A stretch of DNA of 64,000 nucleotides, taken from contig NW_019091362.1 in assembly GCF_001949145.1 (NCBI RefSeq), positions 1,557,838 to 1,621,837 of the forward strand, written 5' to 3'. Both the position numbers and the translations under genes were made by a program. Origin of the DNA: Acanthaster planci (Eukaryota). Shown one piece after another: positions 53,001 through 64,000 of this stretch (the first letter of the stretch is position 1; every line of letters starts with the position of its first letter). The notes beneath the pieces are model-generated. The model made no database searches. It was given only the letters and a program-made list of their open reading frames with translations, and was not told the DNA's origin.

Positions 53001-56000
53001 CTAGAGTTTTTGATCACCCTAATCAAGATGTTTGAACAAATTTTCAAGGTATTTTGACGGCATTAAGTTGGTGATATACCAGTGGCCAGTGGCCTTCCCC
53101 CTGAAAATATAGTGGGGGGGCGGGCATTCTCAGAGGGGAAGATTTAAAGTGAATAGTATTTGTAGCAGTGTGTGATAAGTTTACTTAGATCACATGGGAA
53201 ATTGGAAATTTTAATATTCACTTTCAATCGGGATCTTGCAGTTTCTGTCGTTCCAGCGCCCAATAACAGCAAGGAGTCCCATTTCAGGCTGTGTTGATGT
53301 CTGAAACAGGTTTCCAGAGCTCATGGTTAGGTCTTTTCTTGGTGTCTCAGTGTATTTTCAAAGGAGTGAAGCCATAAACCTAGCTCTAGACAAAAGATTC
53401 GGATGTAACTGATCCCCTTGTCTACATTATTATAATTTCTTCCTATTATTTCTACCCTCCTAAGGCTCCATTACAGTCTCCACATAGAAATAAATCCCGC
53501 AGTGACACACCCTTGAATAAACTTTTTTAAATCACCCAAAGTTTAGTCCCAGAATTAACCTATAAGAAAGAGCGTCTCTGAACAGGATAGAAGCATCACT
53601 TCGTATCCAAAAATTGAAATATCCACAAGCTTCTTCCATTGAATGTTTTAATAGTTGAGGCCAAGTAAGATTGTGTTCACTATGACCACTCATTTTTGGG
53701 GCTTTCCTCAAGTAAATAAAAGTTTTACTGAAACATATTCGCATACTATTTTAAACTTAAAGTTTGTGCATGTCATCAAGTTTGTGATGTCATCTAAGGC
53801 AAAGCTTTAACATCGCAGCTGGTTTGTGCTCACAAATTAAAGAATTTTTTCTTTTCTTAAAAGGAAAACCCCACTAATGAGTGTTTAGACTTTAATTTGT
53901 GACCACCATTCCCTTTGGCAAAAGTTGGGTTCTTGATTTTGTTGTGTTTAATGCTTCTGTGAGACACTTTTCCTGTAATGAGTTTACAAAACATCACCTT
54001 AATACAATAATTAACTTGTCTTTTTTTAACTGTCAAACATGGATTTAAAAGGCTGAAATTTCAACATACCGATTGCTCAAATGATATTTCAGTGAGGCTT
54101 ATGTATCATGCACCACAAAGTGCAAAACCGTACAAATATTTGCCAACCCCACACCGTACAGGTTTCACGCTACGCGCTCACAATCACATGCATTGGCCTC
54201 CCCACAAAGAGATTTCATTATGGGCCCCCCCGGTAGAATCATCTTCGTATGTGCCTGGCACTGGGTTTGCCATACACAGCAATACATGTATTAGTTTGAG
54301 TTGCCGCATGACATCAGAGATGGACAGTGACGAGGGCTACGGGACTGTCAGGACCCAGCTCCATGGTGCACTGAAAGGAAGAAGTGACACTTTGTCACAG
54401 CAGAATTTTTTATGGGGCGGTCTTCTATTTTAGGAATGAATATTTGATTTCCCAAATTAAAACAAGAAACTAAAGTATTAATATATTACATTTACTTTAG
54501 CACACATCAAGCAACCACATGCCCTTGCATGACCCCCATTGACCCATGACCTATGACCTCATTGACCTTACAACAGGAGGAAGGAACCGAGAGGATCCTT
54601 CGAGTGGAACAACTCATCATAAATCCAGAGTTTGACAAAGATACGTACGACTCGGACATTGCTCTGTTGAAACTAATACAACCAGTCACATATACAGACT
54701 TCATTGTTCCTAGTAAGTCAGTGATATTTATCATTGCTTTATCCCGTTGGTTGTGATAGACACTGTATTATGCATCTTTGCACAAGGAAGGTAGAACAGG
54801 CTTTGTGCCTGGAAGATAGTTGACAGTTTAAATGGATTGTCTGTCTTTACATGTACACATGTTTGATATGAGGATAAATCTCCAATCCAGTCAAAGTGGC
54901 TCTTTGCAGAGATGAACTCTGGCACAGAGTCAAGTTGCTTTAAGTATTTATAAATGTGCTTAAGTAAAAGGTATTGCCTACTGCAATAATGTACATGCAT
55001 GCTTGTGAACTTGGTCAGTCATTAGCATGTTTGTGTGACAACGATTTTGTCAATCACTGGTCAATCTTGCGCAGGTTACCAGGGTAAAGTTACCAGTGGT
55101 CATCAATGAGTGGTCATAGTTTAAACTTGCCCACGGCTGTAAGGTTGTGCTCAAAACTTTGCTGTTTGCCAAGGTGGACTGAACACTGAAACCATAGACA
55201 GAAAAGGACTAATTTAGACATGGCTTACTGACAGGATTATTTGTCACAGCAGACTAATTGATGAAAAGCTCCAAGTTGCCATTTATCGAGTAGGCCAAGA
55301 TTGAGTCTAGGAGGTCCCTAAGTTTCACAGACTGTAGATCTGTCTTGTTTCTCTCCTGATGACTAGTCTGCCTGCCAAGTGAGATAAGGGCTATGAACCT
55401 GCTCCAAGCTCGAACCAGAGGATTCATCACTGGCTGGGGACGCACAGCAGAAATCACAACCACCACCACCAGATACCTCCGGAGGGTAAGGATTGTGGGC
55501 CAGAAACCTCGCTGGCAGTCCTGGGTGATGTCAAGTTAAGGGTTGGGATGGGCAGTGCTGGGATGTAGTTTTTTCAGTCTCACTGTCTGGCCAAATGCTG
55601 ACATTCGTGCTGAGTGCATGGACGTTTGTGCTATTTTTTGTGGACTGTGTGCCCACTTGAATAAACTTTTGGCCTCTGCTCATTCAAATGGATTTCAGTC
55701 ATTCGTATTTGCCGTATGTACAAGAATCAGGGCATGCACGTAGCATGTCCCAGTCGTTGTAACTGTCTCGAGTAACCACAAGCTGCTTGCCTGGTTTCTT
55801 GTCACTGCCGCAGGTGCGTTTGTTGGTCATGGACCAGCGGACTTGTAATGCACGCCATCGAGACGTCATCACCAACCGGATGTTCTGTGCTGTCTCAGAC
55901 GACAGACCAGCAGCAAGAGATTCCTGCTTTGGAGACAGTGGTAGCCCTTTTGCCGTGAGGGTCAGTGTGGGAATATAACCCTAACGGACAGTGGCATAGA

Positions 56001-59000
56001 CATAAGCAGGTGGAAATTAGCTCAGAGGGTTCACAGTTACCAAGTATTCTTTAGAGAGCTATCTGCTCTGAACAATTTATGTTGCAGTTCATTTGCAGTT
56101 CAATTCAGACTGTAGGCCCTGTGTTTCTCATGTGGTGATCTTAATCTTGACTGCAACAATGTGTTCAGGCCCATAGTCAAACAGGAATCCTAACACAGGA
56201 TGGATTGCTGTTGTGGGATACCGTAACTCTGGCTGTAACAATGCAGCATTTATGCTAATCAGCAATTGCCACAGTGCTATGTCTGTGATGACTTTGTGAC
56301 TTTTAATCGATTCTCAAGACTAAACTGCTTGTATTTGTTCGGCCAGTTGAAGAAATAGTCCCAAAAGTCTCAGGTTCAGGGCTCTTGCTTTTCTTTTTCT
56401 CGAAAAAAAAAAAACTGTTTTCTTGTTACAGGATGACAAACGCTGGTTTCTGATTGGGCTGGTGAGCTGGGGCATTGGCTGTGCAAGGCATCGATTCCCT
56501 GGGGTGTACACTAGGGTTCATCGGTACACCCACTGGATTAATAGTCTGATTGGTGATGACACAGACACGTGTGCAGGTTGGTTTTCCCATTTTAATATTT
56601 CAATTGTGTTTGCCCCTGTTTTAGGCATCAAGGAAATGTGATTGTCTGGTTAAGGTTTGTAACTTGAGGTTATAGGGACAGGGGTTCAAATCCAGCTGGT
56701 GGCCTTGTGTGTTCTTGGGCAAGGTAATTTACCCGTACTTGCTACTCTCCACCCAAAGAGTGTAACATGGGTACCAGCATCAGCTGGGGAGCATCCTGTG
56801 ATTAACTGGCGTCCCATCCCAGGGGAGCGGACATTATTCTCAGTCATTTTAATGAATAGAAACTTCAGCCTGATCTGCCACTTAGAATCGACACAGGCTT
56901 TTTATGGGACAAGGGAGTCTGTGCTCCACATTGCCATGCAAATTGGCTGGAGTAGGAAGGTCGGGTTTCACATGACTGAAGGAATGACCATATATTCTCT
57001 TGTAGGCCTTCAGGAGAGGGTTTCAGAACTGACCAGCCAGCTGACGCGACAAGAGGAGGAGATCAGTCAACTCAATGAACAGCTCCTGATCAAGGAGAGA
57101 CAACTCAATGGTATTGTTATGGAGGTTTGATACTTAATCACTGAGCTAAAAAAAATGCCTCTTCCTTCGTGATTCATAATAGCTATTTTTTAAAAAAGAT
57201 TTTAAGCCATTTTTAACGAGATCGCTGCAGTGCATTTTTTTTTCAGGAGTCTAGCCCAGTGATGGAGGTCTCGAGTCCGAACTCGGACTCGAGTCCAATT
57301 TTTTTGGACGCTTGACTTGGCTTGGACTCGGGTCATTTTTGATTTGGCTAGTGGCTGACTCGGACTACTTACTGGACTCGAATCAACTCCATTCAAAAAC
57401 TTTTCATAAAATTCAGAAATTTCATTGGAAAAATTGTCTGCATCTATTGTCCATAATTGTTTGGTTAAGACCATCATAATTTTGCGTCTAGGATAATGGC
57501 AAGCACATGACAGAGTTGCCTGTGCAGTGCAGCGTAAACACATTTTTCGTGAAGGATTGACTTGCTCACAGTTCGTCGTCTTCTTGTCATGGCTATTCTG
57601 CTGGTTCATTTCAAACTCTTTCCTAAAGCAGGCATCGCCCGCAAGAGAATGTCTGTTTGAGTCCCGGAGTGGCAGATAACCTATGCAACTGAAAATTCTT
57701 GGATATAGTTACTTATGTACATGTAAGTTCTGATCCTGCTCGTTAAATTTCGGGCTGAAACAGAAACTTTTGAATGAATCATGCTCGTGGCACAGCGATG
57801 TATACCATGTTGTTGTGTCATCATCAAATGACCTTGATGTCCTTCAATTCAAACAAAATCTTTGTTGTGTCTGGGATTTGGGCCCAGGAGGGCAATATTG
57901 GAACTCGGACTCGACAATGTGGACTCGGACTTGAGCCGGACTCGGACAAAAGTGGACTCGGACTTGACTCGGACCCTCTTAGACTCAGTTGGGCTCGGAC
58001 TCGGATTAGATGGACTCTACTCGATCACTGGTCAAGCTAGCTTTTAGGAGTTTTCAAAGTAACGCTGTGTCACACCAGTATTAAGAAACTGAAGGACTGA
58101 ATTTCCCCTTTTTATTGGTTCAGTCCAGAGACTTGGGTTAACGTAACCCGTACATGAATAAGTTAAAAGACTGAATTTCCCTTTGTCGGTTCAAACCAGA
58201 GTCTCTGTCGCGTTCAGCACAGACAACTGAGCAACGAGACGTCCCCACCACATTGGACACCACACAGCCCTCGGTAGACCTGAGACGGAGCACGCCCCCT
58301 CTGGAGCTGCGCATCCCATGCCGGCAGGGCTCTTGTGCACATGTTGGTGGGTTTCAGGTGAGGGCGCTCTGTGTGGAGGATTTCTGCTCCTGCGAGTCGC
58401 CATACTACTCCCGGGAATCCTGTTTGCGTAAGTGGTAATTGCGAAATGTTCTTGCAAAATCTGACACAGGCCTTGCAAAGGATATGCAAAGGACTCTCAG
58501 AGGTCATATTCTCTTTGTTTTTTTAGATTGTTAGATAAATTTGCAAACTTCCATGTAATCAGAATGTGACTATGGACCAAAAAATTTACATCAGATATTG
58601 CAGTTAAAAAAGTTGAACAGTGGAAGCCTTGGTATCCCTCTTCTAGAATCAACCAGGAACTCATATTTAATTTGTCCTTAGTTCAAAAACTCTGGCTTCC
58701 TTACCAGGAACTGAGTTACCAGATCTTGAATAGTGCAATTATGGTAACAAGTTTTGGGTACTGAAAGCATGATTGTAGTGCATTAACACAGGCTTGATTT
58801 CTTCGCGTTTCATGCTAAGCTCGGTATGGGTCCTGCGTGATCAAGCACGATGACCCATCAGCCCCTGCCACGCCCTCTTACCAGGACGAGACCCAGCAAA
58901 CCTACAGCTGTCGGGCCAGAGACAACCCCAAATACCGAGTCTTTGTTCTCGCCGTGCACGAGGGTAACCGCCACACCAGACCCCCGACAGCAGGCGATAT

Positions 59001-60074
59001 GGAGGTAGAGCTAGAGGGTAGCCCACCACAAGATTCTGCCAGGGGGTTTGTGCTGGTGTTGGCTTCCTATGAACCAGTGAACTGGCATGTGCTCCTTGTG
59101 GGAGAGCTGGTGATAGATCAAATTATCATGGTAAGCATGACGAGAAAAAAAAAAAAGAATCACTCCTTTCCCCCAAAGAAACCGTTGGCCGAGCTGGAAG
59201 GATAATCGCCAAAGAATAAGGAATACACAAAGGGAATGTGTAAATCATTCGCGGCACTGAAAAAGTCAAATAAACGTTTTCTTCCTCTTTGTTAGATGGC
59301 ATCACAAGTAGTTGAAAGATAGACAGGAAAGGTGTGGTGTTTATGGAAATGAATTTATTTCAGTAACTGGATAAAGACAAATTGAACACAGGAGTCAGAA
59401 GAATCTATACAGAACATTTATTCTGGTTCTCAACCATGTCCATGCATGCTGCTATCCTATGTTAGGCCTCTAGAGGTCAAGCAAATGAACGTGTCTCATT
59501 CGCATGATAAGCACTGCATGTTGTGTGTCTATCAAGACACTACAGAGGGTGTGTTCATAAATCCACTGCACAGTTTATGTAGCCATGCAATTTCCTGGAG
59601 ACTAATACCTTTGGCATCTTTCAAGGGCAAAGTGGAATATTCACTTATAGTGAAGTTATATGGAGACTGTTTGCAGTGAGTCATATTCTAAAGGGAAAGG
59701 TTACTTTCCTCTTTTAGGAATAAAAGATTAGGTCAATGTTAATAAGAAAAGTTCCCTTAAAGGTACGTTTTTATTGAAAATGGAGGAAAAATGTAATGAT
59801 AATTGTTCTCTTGCTCTATCTCCAGATTGCCCATTTCCCCTCTGCTGTGACAATCACTGGTCCAGATGGAGAAGTCCAAACGGACGTGCCCATACTGACC
59901 TCTACGGATCCTTGCGGCTACGGGAATGACAGCGGTGGGAGCGGAGACACACCAGGAATGCTGCGGGTCATCAATGAGACGGTGGGCCCCGTGGAGTCCT
60001 TCACAGGAACCTATCGGGCGGAAAAGTGGACCCTGAACATGGATGAGGCACGGTGGCTGCCGGATCCCGATTAG
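50093..60074 (+). CDS. Secreted Ig-domain + S1 (trypsin-like) serine protease with C-terminal coiled coil, Cys-rich module and uncharacterised domain
   Basis: Exons 50093-50222 (signal peptide [30 protein letters not shown]), 51094-51402 (Ig: C..W..DRGHYMC), 52697-52935 (CG..K|IIGG, VVTAAHC), 54577-54712 (DIALL), 55367-55485 (TGWG), 55814-55960 ([10 protein letters not shown]), 56432-56576 (SWGIGC, PGVYT), 57006-57110, 58200-58427, 58820-59130, 59826-60074. All junctions are phase-compatible. Confidence 0.88.
56640..56865 (+). mobile_element. tRNA-derived SINE (CORE-like segment plus conserved 3' domain)
   Basis: B box GGTTCAAATCC, then TGTGTTCTTGGGCAAGGTAATTTAC (CORE-like), then CCTGTGATTAACTGGCGTCCCATCCCAGGGG. 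Confidence 0.55.
57257..58030. mobile_element. hAT-like MITE with GGACTC(G) subterminal repeats
   Basis: TIR CAGTGATGGAG / CTCGATCACTG; 8-bp flanks GTCTAGCC / GTCAAGCT (6/8 match, a degraded TSD). Confidence 0.75.
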
Positions 60075-60563
60075 CAAAGAAAGCCTGGTAAGTTCAGTTC
60101 CAATACATTTTGGCATGACGGTTCCAAAAATTCAGTTATTACGACAAAAGATATCTCCAAAACAGACCCTGCGCTCACTCTTGACCATGGGCTTTGTGGC
60201 AAAACAACATGAAAAGTAAAAACAAGAAAGAAAAAATGGCCAGAGACATGAAAGGGGAGAAAATGGATAAAAATGACCCTTTTGCTGAAGTACCTCAGAA
60301 TCGCCTTCCGTCCACCATTAATGGTTTATCAGTTTGTCGTTGATGAGTGTTTCGCCCCTTTCTCCTGAAAAAGCGGGTCCCCCCTCCCCCGAGAAATTCT
60401 GATGACACCTTTATTTGTTATTATTTATAATTATTCGTATTTATTTGGCCATTTCACATATAGCAAACGATACAGAGAACATTACAATGTAATAACAATC
60501 AACTAGAAAGATAAGATAAGAGTGGGGGTACAGAGCAGGGAGTCTGGTAGAAAAGAGGTGTAG

Positions 60564-60713
60564 GGGGAGTGGGTGGGGTTGGGGGCGTAAGGGTGGTTAT
60601 GGGATAGGAGGAAGGGGAGTGGGTGGGGTTGGGGGCGTAAGGGTGGTTATGGGATAGGAGGAAGGGGAGTGGGTGGGGTTGGGGGCGTAAGGGTGGTTAT
60701 GGGATAGGAGGAA
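60564..60713 (+). repeat. G-rich 50-bp tandem repeat x3
   Basis: GGGGAGTGGGTGGGGTTGGGGGCGTAAGGGTGGTTATGGGATAGGAGGAA, three exact copies. Confidence 0.9.
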
Positions 60714-63214
60714 GCACAGTCCAACTAAGGGTGGCCAGGACGACTTCTCTTGTGATCCTCTTATAGTGAAACAAATGATTAAATTAAGTAAAGAAATGCT
60801 GCAACACTTGACATAACAAATGTCAGTAGTGATATATCAGTATTAAAGTGTGGTCTATGATGGAGAAGAGTGCCCTCTGTTGACCATTTTGAGAATTCTC
60901 GCTTGAGTGAAGTACCTGCCAATAAACATTATCTTCCTTTAATCACAGTAGATTGTGCCAACCCACTTTATGACATGAAATTGGAAATGCAAACAGTTCG
61001 GAATTATGTTGTTAGAGTACCTTTTGTGTTTTGTCTTTCTGCCTCACTTCATTTCCATGAAAGGAATGCTACGCATCATCAGCTCCACTCCGTGCCTCAC
61101 TCCATTTCTATGGCAACTTTGCCAAAACAAGTTTTGATTGCAGAAGAAAACCACCTGCATTGTGCCGAAGCCCAGTTGCCACTTGAACCAAGTGACTGAC
61201 TTTATTGCCACCTCTAAAGCCAACACGTGCTGGTTTCCCCCGCTCGACCAAATTCTTTAAAAAGGCCCTCTGTGACAAACGATGCCATCCACCCACCCTT
61301 TACATGATGGACAGACCATAGCCCTTTGAAATGACAGAGATGGCTGCCAATACCATAAACCCACCCGCTTGAAAATGGGGCCAGGGTTTTGTGTGGGAAG
61401 GAGGGCCCACCGGTTAGGCAGTTTTTGGACAACAAAAACCCCCAGTTGATTGCTTTATTTTGATGAGAGGTTTATTTTTTTCTTGCAGAACTTGTTGTTT
61501 GCCTGTGCGGGTCGTCACCATGGAGCTTATCTGTAAGTGCCCTGTAATTTTTTTTATTGCTGAACGTACTGAAGGATGGAACATAAAAGTGTGTGCAGCA
61601 TGTATGTGGAGGCTGGCAATTCAGGCAGTTGTTTGTTTGTCTTCCAGCCCGTGTTTGACATGGTTGGCTAAATATGGTTTCGAGGTTTACAAAAACCCTA
61701 GAAAGAAAATGACTTTATATTCTTGCCCTGAATACTTCTCACCCACACCTGCCCCAGTTGGAGAAGATTGTAAGCCATTGCTGTGCAGTTTTATATGAAG
61801 TTGTTAGTAGGTTGGATACAGATTGCCAGAACTTGTGAAATCTGACACAACTGAAGTTTACTAGGACACACATGTAGTGACAGTTAGTAAATTAAATGTA
61901 TCATATCTGCATTGGTGGATCATGGCGACGGAGTCACTTGTGAAAGAATTGATGGGATTCTTTAAAAGCCTATGAAAGGTTAAATTCTTCCATATCTGTC
62001 TTTTTGAAGAGATTGAACACCAAATTAACTCTTTTCATTCGCGGATTAAAAATTTGAACACCTAGAATTATGTTGATGAATTAAATTAATGGAGTTTCAA
62101 GAAACAAAGCTTTAATGTCTTGAGGAAAAGTATTTTTGAAACAGGATTGACATTTGACATGGCTCACACTTAGGACTGTTCTTGAACATTGTCACTTTGC
62201 CGTGCCCTTCAAAAAATCTCAAACTTGGCAGCCAGCTTTTTTTCTAGAAAAGTGTTATCAAAGTGCTTTAACCATGTTTTCCAAACATAACTCTTTGTGG
62301 GTTTGAGAACAAAATGTTTGCAGTGTTTTTGATGATCGGTAGAAAAAAAAAGACAAAACATCCTTCACTGTTAAGACTTCTTCCAAATATTTGTATGTCT
62401 CTTATTAATCTAAGCATAAAAATCAAGTCCTTTCCTTTGAAATGACCCAATTTATAATGGCATTGAAAGTAAATTGAGGTGAAGTTTTTGAGAAGGTAGT
62501 TGCTCACAGATCTAAGACTAGTGATAACTAATGGACCAAACTGAAAAACATCTAACTGAAATTGTACAGTGTTGATAAATTTTATACCATTCTTATATTT
62601 GGCATATTTTTAATATTTTTAGGGCAAAAATTTAAAATGTTTGGAACTTTTGGATTATAGTACATTTTGACAGGCATCATGAACAAATGAAATGTTTTCT
62701 GAAGTAGACAACGAAATATATATTTTCTAACTGTCTTTGAAGTCAGGGAAGGAAAGACCACTAAGTTGACATCAAAGCAAATTTTTGTTTTGTAAATTAG
62801 TTTTTATTCAAGCAGCAAGATCACTTTAAAATGAAATGTAAACACTCTTGACAACTGGGAACTGTAAGTTCCAAGTGGAAGCTTGGTCAAGGTGACACAT
62901 GATGAGCGGCAGCAGCCGGAATTCTCAACCCAAAAGATAATTTGACAAAATCAAGAAGGGGAAGAAATCAAAGAGAAGGTGATGTCAGTTGGCGGACGAA
63001 TTTAGAATACTCTGAAAATTGTAACAAGCACTAAAGTGGTCTGAAGTGTTTGCCCTCCTGTCCAAAGTCTACAACTGTTGCAACGTGCTCTCAGAAAAAT
63101 ACACAAGCGTCCCACATGAAAGGATATCAGGCACCTACTGTGCATAGACAAGTACACTCCAAAGTAACAAGTACATGACATTGCCACCAGTCTAGGACAT
63201 GTCCCTGTATACTC

Positions 63215-63335
63215 AGGCCATGTCCGAAACGGGCTTCCAGAGCTACGGCTAGGTCTATTGTCTACGCGTCTCCACGCATTTCCAATGAAGCGAAGACCTA
63301 GACCTAGCTCTAGACAAGAGATTTGGATGCAGCCT
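63215..63335 (+). mobile_element. MITE family B, copy 2
   Basis: Near-identical to 14935-15054. Confidence 0.7.
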
Positions 63336-64000
63336 CTAATACATCTAATACTCATCATGTGCGAGTGGTGCACATGAACCAGCGAGATGCAGGTCTTAAG
63401 ACTGTGGTATTGGGGCTCATGAAAAAAAGATCACATTTTGGGGCTGTTGGTCCAGTTTGAGTATTTGGACAGTCCATCAGTTTGACAGCCATGACCTTAA
63501 TTGGTTCTGATCACAGCTCCAGTCAATGTTTGTTTCATAAAGGTCAGCATTAGAGACCCAGATTTCTGCTCTGATATTCAGGATTTAATGAAAGCAGTGA
63601 AAACTGGCCTTCAGGTCAACCGTCTCATTCCATATTGAAAGTCTCCACTATAGTACACCAACAACATAATACCCAAGGTGTTGGATGATCTTTGGCTTTG
63701 CCTTGAGATCAAGGTTGAGTTCCTGGAATAGGCCAATGAAATGCCATGGCTAAATGAATATTTATGAGGTGTAGTAATAATGTCTATTGATAAGCACCAG
63801 TGGACTGACGTGCAGAAGTTGTTTGCTTGCTTTCCTACTTTGAACAGCGCCCTCTTACGTTTGTGAATGAAGTCCACCACACCACTGAATACATACATAG
63901 TGCAACACACAAGGTTTTATGTTGGAGAATTTCCCCATGGCTTCTCAAACTGCTTCAACTTAGATACCGACCCCCCAGATTAAGATGGAAGAACTTTGTT

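Noticed and set aside
63611..63910. Minus-strand 99-aa ORF (GVVDFIHKRKRALFK...) after an acceptor-like TTCAG
   Set aside because: Could be an exon of a convergent gene outside the window, but I recognise no homology.

Overview
Eukaryotic (metazoan, probably invertebrate deuterostome/echinoderm-like; organism is an inference) intron-rich scaffold with three N-gaps. Genes were read by manual splicing (GT-AG, phases checked): 5' part of JMJD4 (-), head-to-head with a complete 14-exon NOP58 (+); a 74-aa single-pass membrane microprotein gene (-) that the ORF track misses; an Enhancer-of-zeste/EZH2 orthologue (+); and a secreted Ig + trypsin-like serine protease (+) with an unusual C-terminal extension (coiled coil, Cys-rich module, uncharacterised '[11 protein letters not shown]' domain). 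NOP58 introns hold nine box C/D snoRNA candidates: one SNORD11-like, one SNORD70-like, two U16/SNORD16-like, four copies of a dual-guide RNA combining SNORD49-type and SNORD69-type guides, and one divergent/orphan copy. Several MITE families (TTAA-flanked, hAT-like, Harbinger-like), tRNA-derived SINEs and tandem repeats are also present. rRNA targets and snoRNA family names come from my recall of conserved rRNA/snoRNA sequences, not from a search.
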